In this document: in pieces, positions 26,162-35,722 of the stretch
Position numbering within the stretch: the stretch's first letter is position 1
How the letters are laid out: each line of letters begins with the position of its first letter
Assembly (NCBI GenBank): GCA_937898665.1
Contig: CALEIY010000017.1
Location: 1-60,092, forward strand
Direction of reading: 5' to 3'
Source of the DNA: Candidatus Bathyarchaeota archaeon
GTDB taxonomy: Archaea > Thermoproteota > Bathyarchaeia > TCS64 > B23
Length of the DNA: 60,092 nt
Translations under genes and position numbers: made by a program
Notes under the pieces: generated by a model
The model's input: the letters and a program-made list of their open reading frames with translations, nothing else
Databases searched by the model: none
What the model was told of the DNA's origin: nothing

Positions 26162-27130
26162 ATGAATCTCTGGAGGCTTAGGCTCTCCATATTGGGGACG
26201 CTCGCCCTAATAATAGGCATCTCAACCCTCGGCTTCTCCCTGATCCTCTCCCTATTAGGCGCCTTCAGCCTCCTCTCGCTTCTCATCCTCACGGCCCTCT
26301 TCAACATAATCCAATGGCTTTTAGCCCCCTACCTCATCAACGCCATCTATGGGGTGAGACCCCTCGGCGAGCATGAATATCCCGAGTTGCACCGCATCGT
26401 AGATGAGCTTTCTCAGAGGGCTGGCATCTCCCGCCCTAAGCTGATGCTGTCTGAGATGTCGATACCGAACGCCTTCGCCTATGGCTCACCGTTGACCGGT
26501 AATATGGTAGCCGTTACTAGAGGTCTCTTGAGGCATCTTGAGTTGGAGGAGGTGGAGGCCGTCATCGGCCATGAGCTGGGGCATATCCGGCATAGGGATG
26601 TCCAGGTGATGATGTTCGTCTCCTTCCTCCCCTCCCTATTCTACCTCCTCGCCAGGTCAACCCTCTACCCCTATTATTATGGCTACTATGCTGAGAGGAG
26701 GCGTGGAGACTACTCTGCTCTCGCCTTGGTGGGCGCTGCCTCGATGTTCATCTACTTCATTCTCCTCCTCTTCACCCTAGCCTTGAGTAGGTTGAGGGAA
26801 TACTATGCCGATCAGCATAGCGTCTCTATCGTCGACGATGGGGCGAGGAAGCTGGCTGAGGCCCTGGCGAAGATATCAACCTCAACCAGCAGGATGAGGC
26901 GGGCTGAGACGATGGGGCTGGGAAGCTTCAAAACCCTCTTCATCTCAGATCCTGATAGGGCCTTAGCCGATGCCGCTGATCTCCAGCGACTTCGATATGG
27001 TGGGAGGGACGATGAGATTGTGAGGAGGCTGCTGGAGCGGAAGCTAACCTGGTTTGATAGGTTTACGGAGCTCTTCTCCACGCATCCGAATGTCGTTAAG
27101 CGGATCAGGGCGCTCCTCGAAGCCTCCTGA
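26162..27130 (+). CDS. htpX: HtpX-like M48 zinc metalloprotease
   Basis: HELGHIRHRD plus four transmembrane helices. The ATG at 26162 is preferred because the track start at 26090 overlaps argS. Confidence 0.85.
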   Translation: MNLWRLRLSILGTLALIIGISTLGFSLILSLLGAFSLLSLLILTALFNIIQWLLAPYLINAIYGVRPLGEHEYPELHRIVDELSQRAGISRPKLMLSEMSIPNAFAYGSPLTGNMVAVTRGLLRHLELEEVEAVIGHELGHIRHRDVQVMMFVSFLPSLFYLLARSTLYPYYYGYYAERRRGDYSALALVGAASMFIYFILLLFTLALSRLREYYADQHSVSIVDDGARKLAEALAKISTSTSRMRRAETMGLGSFKTLFISDPDRALADAADLQRLRYGGRDDEIVRRLLERKLTWFDRFTELFSTHPNVVKRIRALLEAS

Positions 27131-27704
27131 GAATTCCCCCTAGAACCCTGAAGTCGTCCTCCAAAATCCTTAGGAGCTCCTTTGCGTAGAGGGCTGCGGC
27201 TGGATGGTAGAGGGGGAAGAGGAGCACCCTTCCCCAGGGGGCTTCAGCCTCGAAGCATCTGCCGTGAACCCTGCTTATGGAGAGGGCCTCGTAGCCGAAG
27301 CGTTTTAGGAGGTATCCAGCGGCGGAGTTTCCCATGGGGGCTATCACCCTCGGCTGGATGATGGCGAGCTGCCTCTCCAGATATGGGGTGCAGGCCTCCA
27401 CCTCGTCGGCTCTCGGCCTCCTATTTCCAGGGGGTCTACACTTCAATATGTTCCCAATGTAGACCTCCCCTCTCTCCAGACCTATATCCGCTAAGAGCCT
27501 GTCCAGGAGTCTTCCGGCGGCCCCCACGAAGGGTCTGCCTGTCTCATCTTCAACTCTTCCAGGGGCCTCGCCCACGAGGAATAGCTCAGCCTCCAGGCTC
27601 CCCTCTCCAACGACGGCGTTCTTCCTGAGACTTCCAAGCCTACATCTTCTACAGCTCCAAACTTCCTCCGCCAGCTTCCTCATCAACTCCTCCCTTGACG
27701 TCAT
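27105..27704 (-). CDS. udg: Uracil-DNA glycosylase, family 4
   Basis: CRRCRL, GEAPGRVEDETGRPFVGAAGRLL and HPAA motifs. Confidence 0.9.
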   Translation of the reverse strand: MTSREELMRKLAEEVWSCRRCRLGSLRKNAVVGEGSLEAELFLVGEAPGRVEDETGRPFVGAAGRLLDRLLADIGLERGEVYIGNILKCRPPGNRRPRADEVEACTPYLERQLAIIQPRVIAPMGNSAAGYLLKRFGYEALSISRVHGRCFEAEAPWGRVLLFPLYHPAAALYAKELLRILEDDFRVLGGILRRLRGAP

Positions 27705-27716
27705 CCCTATTCGCCT

Positions 27717-28904
27717 CTATACGGCTCCAATCTCTCTAAGCCTCTCAACCTCCTCTGGCTCCAATCCGAGGATCTCCCTTAAAACCTCCTCCGTATCCCC
27801 ACCTAGCCTTGGAGCAGGGCCTCGAGGCCTAGGCCTCGTCTCCGACATCTTGATCGGCGACCCTAACAACTTGACTCTGCCTAATCCTGGCTGGTTTAGG
27901 GGGATGACCATCTCCCTCGCCTCGGCTATATGCTCATCTTCCACGACATCTCTCACCGTGTAGATTGGAGCCGCTGGAACCCCATGGCCGTTTAGGAGCT
28001 CCACGATCTCTTTGACACGCCTCTTAGAAGTCCAGGCCTCTATCCCCTTCTTCAACTCCTCATGGTGTTCAACTCTACTCGGATTCGTCTTGAATCTCTC
28101 ATCCTCAGCGAGATTTCTCAGTCCAGTGGCCTCTATGAAGCGCCTCCAGATTCGATCGTTGGCGACGCCTATGATGACCCATCCATCCCGCGCCCTGAAG
28201 GAGTCGTAGGGGTAGACGAACTCGTAGCGGTTGCCTATGCGCCCTGGGATGACGCCCTCCACAAAGTATCTCTGTGGAATGTTCTCCAGGGATGCGAAGA
28301 CGGAGTCCACCATGGCGACGTCGATGAGCTGCCCCCTGCCAGTCTGCTCCCTCACCCATAGAGCCGCCAGGATGCCTATACAGCAGAAGAGGGCTGCGAG
28401 GATATCCCCTATCGCTGTCCCAACCCTCGTCGGCGGCGAGTCCGGCCAACCCGTGACGCTGAGGAGTCCTCCCATCGCCTGAGCTATTATGTCGTAGGCA
28501 GCCCTATGCCTATACGGCCCAGTTCTACCAAAGCCTGAGATAGCCGCATAGATGAGCCTTGGATTCACCTTCTTAAGGTCTTCATAGCCTAGGCCTAGGC
28601 GCTCCATGGTTCCAGGCCTGAAGTTCTCCAACAGCACATCACTCCGCCTCACAAGCTCTAGGAAGATTCGTCTACCCTCGGGATGCTTCAAGTTGAGGGT
28701 GATACTCCTCTTACCCCTGTTGAGGTTAATGTAGTAGAGGCTCTCCCCATGTAGGAAGGGTGGGAAGGCCCTGGAGTCATCTCCCCGACCAGGCATCTCA
28801 ACCTTAATCACCTCCGCCCCAAGATCCGCGAGGATCATCGAACAGTAGGGGCCGGCTAGAACCCTACTTAGATCCAGAACCCTCACATCGCTTAAGTCCA
28901 TCAT
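27717..28904 (-). CDS. CoA-transferase family III (CaiB/BaiF/formyl-CoA transferase-like)
   Basis: RVLDLSRVLAGPYCSMILADLGAEVIKVE N-terminus. 395 aa. Confidence 0.85.
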   Translation of the reverse strand: MMDLSDVRVLDLSRVLAGPYCSMILADLGAEVIKVEMPGRGDDSRAFPPFLHGESLYYINLNRGKRSITLNLKHPEGRRIFLELVRRSDVLLENFRPGTMERLGLGYEDLKKVNPRLIYAAISGFGRTGPYRHRAAYDIIAQAMGGLLSVTGWPDSPPTRVGTAIGDILAALFCCIGILAALWVREQTGRGQLIDVAMVDSVFASLENIPQRYFVEGVIPGRIGNRYEFVYPYDSFRARDGWVIIGVANDRIWRRFIEATGLRNLAEDERFKTNPSRVEHHEELKKGIEAWTSKRRVKEIVELLNGHGVPAAPIYTVRDVVEDEHIAEAREMVIPLNQPGLGRVKLLGSPIKMSETRPRPRGPAPRLGGDTEEVLREILGLEPEEVERLREIGAV

Positions 28905-28997
28905 GAAGTAGATCCTGCGGTCAAATCGTTTAAGTGCGGTGATGAATCCCTCAAGATATATAAATTTATAAATAGGTATCTTATTTATCTAGATAGC

Positions 28998-29342
28998 ATG
29001 CATCACCATTCCCGCCATCACCACCATATACGTCTCCCCATAAGGGGACTTCTCCACATCGCCATCCTCAGCATCCTCCGTGATAGAGAGGTGCATGGAG
29101 CTGAGATTGGGCGGCTTCTCGAGGATAGATATAATATTGTGGTGCCGAGGGCTATGGTCTATGGCTTATTGAGGCGTATGGAGAGGCATGGCTTCGTCTT
29201 CTCACAGTGGAGCGTTGAGGAGAGCGGCCCCGCTAGGAGGATATACCGCATAACGGAGGAGGGGTTGGACTATCTTAAAGACTACCTGAGGAGACTTAGG
29301 AGGGTTAAGTTTCTTATAGAGCGTCTCATCTCTGAGGGCTGA
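28998..29342 (+). CDS. PadR-family transcriptional regulator with His-rich N-terminus
   Basis: ILSILRDREVHGAEIGRLL...VYGLLRRMERHGFV...RRIYRITEEG winged helix. The N-terminus is MHHHSRHHHHI. Confidence 0.8.
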   Translation: MHHHSRHHHHIRLPIRGLLHIAILSILRDREVHGAEIGRLLEDRYNIVVPRAMVYGLLRRMERHGFVFSQWSVEESGPARRIYRITEEGLDYLKDYLRRLRRVKFLIERLISEG

Positions 29343-29590
29343 TCCAGGAGGGTTTAGCCCTGCCTCGAGATCGGGAGAGGGGCTGGAGGGAGACTCTGAG
29401 GATTGCTAGGCGTCTCCTAGGCTACATCACCCCCTACTGGCAGCTGAAGGCTATACTACTGCTTATCATAGTTACGAACATACTGGAGATATTCTCGCCC
29501 ATCATCATCGGCGGCGTCGTCGATCTCGTTGGTGCTATCGCCGTTGGGAAGTCTCCTGCTGAGAGAGGCGTTGAGGCCTTCATCTATCGG

Positions 29591-31231
29591 TTGGCTAAAC
29601 CCCTATCACTTTTCATCTCCCATCTCTTCTCTCTCAACTCTAATTATGCTCTCCTACTCGTTCTGTCCCTCTCCCTTATCGTCCTCGCAGCTATCACGGG
29701 TTTAGGAAACTATTTGAGGAGATATGCCTCGGCTTGGATATCTCAGCGTGGCTCCTTCGAGCTTAGGAGAGACCTCTATGATGCTCTTCTGAGACAGTCC
29801 TTCCGCTTCTATGATCGACAGAGGACGGGGCAGCTAATAGCGAGGGCGACGGGTGATATAAGGCAGATTGAGCGCTTCCTCGGCTTCGGCCTCCCAACCC
29901 TCCTCTCATCGCTTCTCATCACCATCCTCATCGTCTCATCTCTTCTCGCCCTCGATTGGAGGCTCACCCTCCTCTCAGGCGTCATCCTCCCCCTGATAGC
30001 GCTGACGGCCGGTAGATATGCCATGGAGATCGGCCCCCTCTGGTCTGAGATTCGTGAACGCTTCGGTAGGCTAACCTCCATCGTCCAGGAGGTTTTGGCG
30101 GCCATCAAGCTGGTGAAGGCCTTCGCCAGGGAGGACTATATGATGGAGCGCTTCTCTAGGGAGTGCGATGGATATCTCAAAGTCCTCATCGACACCGCGA
30201 GGATTAGGGCCTTCTATCTCCCACTCTCAACCCTGCTGGCCACCCTTGGGGGAGTCCTAGTCATCTGGTATGGCGGCTTGGAGGTCATACGTGGCGCCCT
30301 CACCATCGGAGGCCTCGTCGCCTTCTATCTCTACCTCACGAGGCTTCAGTGGCCCATTAGGAGCATAGCCTTCCTCGTGGGGATGCTTCAAAGAGCCGTC
30401 GCCGCCGCTGGGAGGGTCTTCGAGGTTATAGACGCCAGGGAGATGGTGGAGGAGCGGCCTGATGCCATAGAGCTGGGCGAGATAGAGGGAAGAGTCGCCC
30501 TCAAGGATGTCTGGTTCAGCTACGACGGGGAGCATATGGTGTTGAAGGGTGTCAGCCTCGAGGTGAAGCCAGGTGAACGGGTGGCGATCCTCGGCCCCCC
30601 AGGTTCGGGGAAGACTTCCATCATAAATCTAATCCCAAGATTCTATGACCCTCAAAGAGGCTCCGTCACAATAGATGGAGTTGATGTTAGGGATGTGAAG
30701 CTGAGTTCTCTGAGGCGTCAGATAGGGATAGTGAGGCAGGATCCCTTCATCTTCTCAACCACCATCAGGGAGAATATAGCCTACGGCGCCGAGAATGCCT
30801 CGATGGATGAGATCATCGAGGCGGCTAAGAGGGCGAGGATACATGGCTTCATCGAATCGCTTCCAGAGGGCTATGAGACCAGGGTTGGGGAGCGCGGAGT
30901 CACCCTCAGCGGCGGTGAGCGTCAGCGCATCGCCATCGCCCGAGTCATTCTGAGGAATCCTAAAATCGTAATTCTCGATGACTCCACATCGAATATCGAC
31001 GCTGAGACCGAGGAGGAGATCAGACTCGCCCTCGAGGAGCTCTTCAAGGGTAGAACCGTCATCATCATAACCCATAGGGTCTCGATGGCGAAGTGGGCTG
31101 ATCGCATCATCGTTCTGAGGGATGGCAGGGTCGTGGAGGAGGGCTCCCATGAGGAGCTCCTGAGGAGGGGCGGCTTCTATCATCGCCTATACATGGAGCA
31201 GGTAGGTGACCCTGATGGGTATGGGTCATAG
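29591..31231 (+). CDS. ABC exporter, fused permease/ATPase (subunit 1 of heterodimer); true N-terminus probably upstream
   Basis: GPPGSGKTS, LSGGERQRIAIAR, VILDDSTSNID. The start shown is the first canonical start (TTG). The frame is open from 29336 (see findings). Confidence 0.9.
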   Translation: MAKPLSLFISHLFSLNSNYALLLVLSLSLIVLAAITGLGNYLRRYASAWISQRGSFELRRDLYDALLRQSFRFYDRQRTGQLIARATGDIRQIERFLGFGLPTLLSSLLITILIVSSLLALDWRLTLLSGVILPLIALTAGRYAMEIGPLWSEIRERFGRLTSIVQEVLAAIKLVKAFAREDYMMERFSRECDGYLKVLIDTARIRAFYLPLSTLLATLGGVLVIWYGGLEVIRGALTIGGLVAFYLYLTRLQWPIRSIAFLVGMLQRAVAAAGRVFEVIDAREMVEERPDAIELGEIEGRVALKDVWFSYDGEHMVLKGVSLEVKPGERVAILGPPGSGKTSIINLIPRFYDPQRGSVTIDGVDVRDVKLSSLRRQIGIVRQDPFIFSTTIRENIAYGAENASMDEIIEAAKRARIHGFIESLPEGYETRVGERGVTLSGGERQRIAIARVILRNPKIVILDDSTSNIDAETEEEIRLALEELFKGRTVIIITHRVSMAKWADRIIVLRDGRVVEEGSHEELLRRGGFYHRLYMEQVGDPDGYGS

Positions 31232-33002
31232 ATGGTTTAGGATGCTGGAGGATGAGGGGCAGCCTCGGCGGCTGCCGGATAGGGTGCTGATAGCGCGGAT
31301 GCTGAGATATCTCTGGAGCTATCGGGGGAGGCTGCTCCTCCTCCTGGGAGCCGTCATCTCTAATACGGCGCTGAGCCTTCTACCACCTCTCCTCCTCGCC
31401 TGGGCCATCGACCGCTACATCACAGCCCTCAACCCGAGGGGTCTCATGATCATCGCCTTCTCCCTCATCGCCCTAGCCCTCGCCAACTATCTCTCCCAGC
31501 TGGCTCAGGGCTATCTCATCGGATGGCTGGGTGGAAAACTCGAATATAATGTCCGCATAGACCTCTTCAAACGGCTTGAGAGGCTCTCCCTCGCCTTCTA
31601 CTCGGATAGGGAGGTTGGAAGCCTCGTATCGAGGGTTATGAACGATGTCGACAGGATATCTGAGCTTGTCACCTCTGGGGTGGCCAACGCCATTGCGGAT
31701 ATCGTCACCCTGGTAGGCATAGTGGCGGTGATGCTGTCGCTGAACCTCCATCTATCGCTGATAACCTTCACCGTCATCCCCCTCATCGTCGTCTTCATGC
31801 TTCTCTGGGGGCGCAAAGCCAGGGAGGCCTATAGGAGAACGAGGAGAACCATCGCCAGCGTCTCAGCCCTCATAGAGGAGAGCGTAAGCGGCGTCAGGGA
31901 GATCAAGGCTCATACACGCGAGGAGGCGACTAGACGCCGCTTCAACCTCGTCAACATATCGAACCTGGAGGCTAACGTCGAGGCTGCGAGAGTTATGGCT
32001 GCCTTCTGGCCCATCGTCAACGTCTTCGGCGCCCTCGGAAACTGCCTCGTCCTCCTCTTCGGCGGAGTCGCGGTTATGAGGGGCACCTTAACCATAGGCA
32101 TCCTCTTCGCCTTCATGACCTACCTCCAGAGATTCTTCTTCCCCATCAGGGATCTCAGCCTCCTATGGAACAACGTCCAATCAGCTCTCGCAGCAGCTGA
32201 GAGGGTCTTCGACATCCTCGACTCGGAGATAGAGGTGGAGGAGAAGCCCGACGCCGTGGAGCTCCCACCCATTAAAGGCTTTATAGCCTATGAGGATGTG
32301 ACCTTCGGCTACGCCCCCTCCAAACCCGCCTTGAGGGGCGTGAATCTCGCCATAAGGCCTGGTGAGCGAGTCGCCATCGTCGGCCCAACGGGGGCTGGGA
32401 AGACGACCCTCATCAACCTTCTCTATAGGTTCTATGACCCCCAGAAGGGGAGGATAACCATCGACGGCTATGACCTGAGGGATGTGACCCTCAAGTCGCT
32501 GAGGAGGCAGATGGCCTTCGTCCCTCAGGAGCCAATTCTCTTCACGGGAACCATCATGGATAACATCCGCTTCGGAAGACCCGACGCCTCGGATGAGGAG
32601 GTGGTGGAGGCCGCGAGGAGGGTGGGCGCCCACCGCTTCATAGAGTCCCTTCCCAAGGGCTATGAGACGGAGGTTGGTGAGCGGGGTGTGAGGCTGAGCG
32701 TCGGGGAGAGGCAGCTCCTCTCCCTCGCCAGGGCGGTTTTGGCTAATCCACGGATCCTCATCCTCGATGAGGCGATGTCCAGCGTCGATCCCTACACAGA
32801 GGCGGAGATTAGGAGGTCTCTAAGGGATGTTTTCAAGGGTAGAACCACCATCATCATCGCCCATAGATTGTCGATGGCGAGGGATGCCGATCGCATCATC
32901 GTCTTGGAGAATGGGAGGATCGTTGAGGAGGGGACACATGAGGAGTTGATGAGGCTTGGAGGCCGGTATCGAAGGCTATATGAGAGGCAGCTAGGAGTCT
33001 GA
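31206..33002 (+). CDS. ABC exporter, fused permease/ATPase (subunit 2 of heterodimer)
   Basis: GPTGAGKTT, degenerate signature LSVGERQL, ILILDEAMSSVD. Overlaps the subunit 1 stop. Confidence 0.9.
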   Translation: MTLMGMGHRWFRMLEDEGQPRRLPDRVLIARMLRYLWSYRGRLLLLLGAVISNTALSLLPPLLLAWAIDRYITALNPRGLMIIAFSLIALALANYLSQLAQGYLIGWLGGKLEYNVRIDLFKRLERLSLAFYSDREVGSLVSRVMNDVDRISELVTSGVANAIADIVTLVGIVAVMLSLNLHLSLITFTVIPLIVVFMLLWGRKAREAYRRTRRTIASVSALIEESVSGVREIKAHTREEATRRRFNLVNISNLEANVEAARVMAAFWPIVNVFGALGNCLVLLFGGVAVMRGTLTIGILFAFMTYLQRFFFPIRDLSLLWNNVQSALAAAERVFDILDSEIEVEEKPDAVELPPIKGFIAYEDVTFGYAPSKPALRGVNLAIRPGERVAIVGPTGAGKTTLINLLYRFYDPQKGRITIDGYDLRDVTLKSLRRQMAFVPQEPILFTGTIMDNIRFGRPDASDEEVVEAARRVGAHRFIESLPKGYETEVGERGVRLSVGERQLLSLARAVLANPRILILDEAMSSVDPYTEAEIRRSLRDVFKGRTTIIIAHRLSMARDADRIIVLENGRIVEEGTHEELMRLGGRYRRLYERQLGV

Positions 33003-33320
33003 GGATGCCTTACGTCTGACGATCTCTAGGTATCTCTCATATCGGGGTTTAAGCATCAACCCCTTCTCGGTTATATCATAGTAGCATCTCCTCTCTCCCC
33101 CTGGATTGTCGACTCGCCTAACCATCTCCATGGCGCAGAGCTCCTTCAGATGCCTATAGACATTTCTTATGTCGCCGTCGTCGAGGTAGATGTGGAAGTA
33201 TCTCTTGAGGTCTCTCCAGATGCCATAGCCATAGGAGGCATCTCCCCTCTCCCAATTGTAATGGATGATGGCGAGTATCTTCATCTTCGTCGATCCGGTG
33301 GTTCCACGCGGCTTCGTCAA
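32991..33320 (-). CDS. PadR-like winged-helix regulator
   Basis: ILAIIHYNWERGDASYGYGIWRDL...RHLKELCAMEMV...RRCYYDITEKG. Confidence 0.6.
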   Translation of the reverse strand: MTKPRGTTGSTKMKILAIIHYNWERGDASYGYGIWRDLKRYFHIYLDDGDIRNVYRHLKELCAMEMVRRVDNPGGERRCYYDITEKGLMLKPRYERYLEIVRRKASSDS

Positions 33321-33409
33321 GGTGTCTCGGAAACTTTTATAAGAGCGGTGAATATATATAATTTACGAATAGGTAAATTATCCCTATTACTCCGGCCCAG
33401 GTGATAGAG

Positions 33410-34333
33410 ATGAGCGAGGAGAGAGTGAGGTGTCCCCGCTGTGGGAGCTATGAGTTGATACTAGACCCAGAGGCGGGGGAGGAGGTCTGCAGCCGCTGCG
33501 GCCTCGTCGTCAGGGAGGGCATAGTTGACCCAGGGCCGGAGTGGAGGGCCTTCACCGTCGAGGAGCGTGAATCCAGGGCCAGAACGGGGTTAGGCTCCTC
33601 CTATACCATCTTCGATAAGGGCCTCTCAACCGCCTTCTACGAGGATAGGGATGCCAAGGGGAGGAAGCTCGACTTCGACACGAGGCTTATGATGAGCAAG
33701 CTCAGACGCTACGACAACAGATCCAAGATGGATGAGGCCTGGGGTAGGAATCTCAGCATAGCCATGGCCGAGCTGGATAGATTGGCGGCCAGACTTCACA
33801 TCCCAGATGGGGTGAAGGAGGAGGCAGCCCTCATCTATCGGAGGGCCTTGAAGCAGGATCTCATCAGGGGGCGCAGCATAGACGCCTTTGTGGCCGCCAG
33901 CCTCTACGCCGCCTGTAGATTGCAGCGCATACCGAGGTCTCTCAAGAGGATCGCTGAGGAGAGTACAAGGGACTACTCCGAGATCGCCAGAACCTATAGA
34001 TTATTGATTAGGGAGCTGAGGCTTAAGATGCCCATCGACGACCCGATGAAGTTCGTCCCCAGCATCGCCTCAAAGTTGAAGGTTAAGAGGGAGACGGAGC
34101 AGTATGCCATAGAGATATTGAGGAGGGCCCGTGAACGCCACGGCCTGGCGGGTAAAGACCCAAGGGGCCTAGCAGCCGCAGCCCTCTATCTCGCCTGCCT
34201 CGAGACAAATGATCGGAGAATCCAGAAGGAGGTGGCCGCCGCAGCCGGAACCACCGAGGTGACCCTGAGGAATAGGCTTAGAGGTCTTGAGGCAATCTTG
34301 GGGGACGCCCTCCCCCATAGGGGTCTAAACTAG
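33410..34333 (+). CDS. tfb: Transcription initiation factor IIB (TFB)
   Basis: Zinc ribbon CPRCGS...CSRCG, B-finger, two cyclin folds. ATG at 33410 with AGGTGA 6 nt upstream (track GTG at 33401). Confidence 0.95.
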   Translation: MSEERVRCPRCGSYELILDPEAGEEVCSRCGLVVREGIVDPGPEWRAFTVEERESRARTGLGSSYTIFDKGLSTAFYEDRDAKGRKLDFDTRLMMSKLRRYDNRSKMDEAWGRNLSIAMAELDRLAARLHIPDGVKEEAALIYRRALKQDLIRGRSIDAFVAASLYAACRLQRIPRSLKRIAEESTRDYSEIARTYRLLIRELRLKMPIDDPMKFVPSIASKLKVKRETEQYAIEILRRARERHGLAGKDPRGLAAAALYLACLETNDRRIQKEVAAAAGTTEVTLRNRLRGLEAILGDALPHRGLN

Positions 34334-34399
34334 ATAGGTTCTCTTAACTTCCGGTTTCCCTAAAATTATTAAAAGATTTAAAAGAAGGTTTACGAAAGG

Positions 34400-34528
34400 C
34401 TACTCCTCTGAGACTTCAGCCTTCTCTATCTCAGCGAGCGCTCTCCGCTCCTTGATCTCCTCGTAGACTATGAAGGCTGGCATTATCACCCATAGGGCTA
34501 CCATGACCCAGAATAGCACCATATCCAT
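34400..34528 (-). CDS. Candidate 42-aa hydrophobic mini-protein
   Basis: [42 protein letters not shown]. Starts 12 nt after the livM-like stop, which embeds GGAGGTGA. Confidence 0.3.
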   Translation of the reverse strand: MDMVLFWVMVALWVIMPAFIVYEEIKERRALAEIEKAEVSEE

Positions 34529-34540
34529 ATCCACAGTGCC

Positions 34541-35716
34541 TCACCTCCTCCAGAACTTCAGTGAGAATCTCCTCCTCTTCCCCGCGAGCCTCATCTTCGG
34601 CGCCGTCCTCCAGTCAACCTTCACCCTCTCCCTGACCAGCTTCGTGTAGTTGACCCCGGGTATGTATAGCAGCTTCTCAGGTATCAGGCCGTCAGGTCTG
34701 AAGATCATGACGACGATCAGCAGCACTCCGAGGAGTATCTGCTCGAAGTAGCTTATTGGGAAGAAGAGTATCTTGTCGAAGAACCACTTATAGACGATGA
34801 TGACCCTCCGCATCGCGATGACGAGGGCGCATCCCAGGAAGGTTCCAGCGTTGTTCCCTGGGCCTCCCAGTATGAGCATCAGCCATGACCAGTAGGTCCA
34901 ATAGGCACGCTGATACATGGCGTCGACGACGTAGGAGTAGTAGTAGGCCGTCATCACGCCTGGTATAGCGGTGATGGCTGAGGCGAACATGAGGATGTTC
35001 CGCCTTATGCCTACGACGTTCTTACCCACGCTCAGGCAGGTGACCTCGTTCTCCCTTATAGCTCTCATCAGCCTTCCATAGGGGGAGTTAAGCATCGTTC
35101 TGAAGATGAAGAAGCAGATGAGTCCTATGGCGAGGGTGACTACGGCTGTGATGACGCCCCTGTCACCTGGATACCAGGCGAAGACGTTGGGTATCCAGAT
35201 GCCGAGGGTTCCACCGCAGATGTAGGGTATGTTCCTGCCGAAGATCTGCGATGCATCGGCCATGGTGATGAGGGTGATCATCAGATAGGTGGCCCTCAGC
35301 CTGATGGCTGGAACCGAGATCACCCATCCTATGACTGCTCCAAGAACCATGGCGACGGCTATGGAGAAGAGGAGCAGCGAAACTCCAAGGAGGGGGTGAG
35401 TCTTGAGGTAGTTGTTCACCGTGACGACATTCAACTGGCTGTTATAGAGCCAGTCGTAGGCTGTCTGGTAGGGGAGGAGCTTCACACCTGCCTTCTCAAC
35501 CAGCCAGTAGGCCAATCGCAGCGTTATGCCGCTGACGGTGAATCCTCCAACGATGACCTGGACGGCGCATCCGAAGTTGGGGATGCCAGCATTTCCATAC
35601 TGGAAGTTGAGGGCCATGGCGACGATGACGAAGAGGCCGAAGTACATCGCTATGTCGACGATGAGCCTGCTCATCCCAGTGATGGCGGCGACACTAGAAC
35701 CGATAACGGCCAACAT
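34541..35716 (-). CDS. livM: Branched-chain amino acid-type ABC transporter permease (LivM-like)
   Basis: 391-aa polytopic protein adjacent to the LivH-like gene, with a typical LivM layout. Confidence 0.8.
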   Translation of the reverse strand: MLAVIGSSVAAITGMSRLIVDIAMYFGLFVIVAMALNFQYGNAGIPNFGCAVQVIVGGFTVSGITLRLAYWLVEKAGVKLLPYQTAYDWLYNSQLNVVTVNNYLKTHPLLGVSLLLFSIAVAMVLGAVIGWVISVPAIRLRATYLMITLITMADASQIFGRNIPYICGGTLGIWIPNVFAWYPGDRGVITAVVTLAIGLICFFIFRTMLNSPYGRLMRAIRENEVTCLSVGKNVVGIRRNILMFASAITAIPGVMTAYYYSYVVDAMYQRAYWTYWSWLMLILGGPGNNAGTFLGCALVIAMRRVIIVYKWFFDKILFFPISYFEQILLGVLLIVVMIFRPDGLIPEKLLYIPGVNYTKLVRERVKVDWRTAPKMRLAGKRRRFSLKFWRR

Positions 35717-35722
35717 CCTCCA

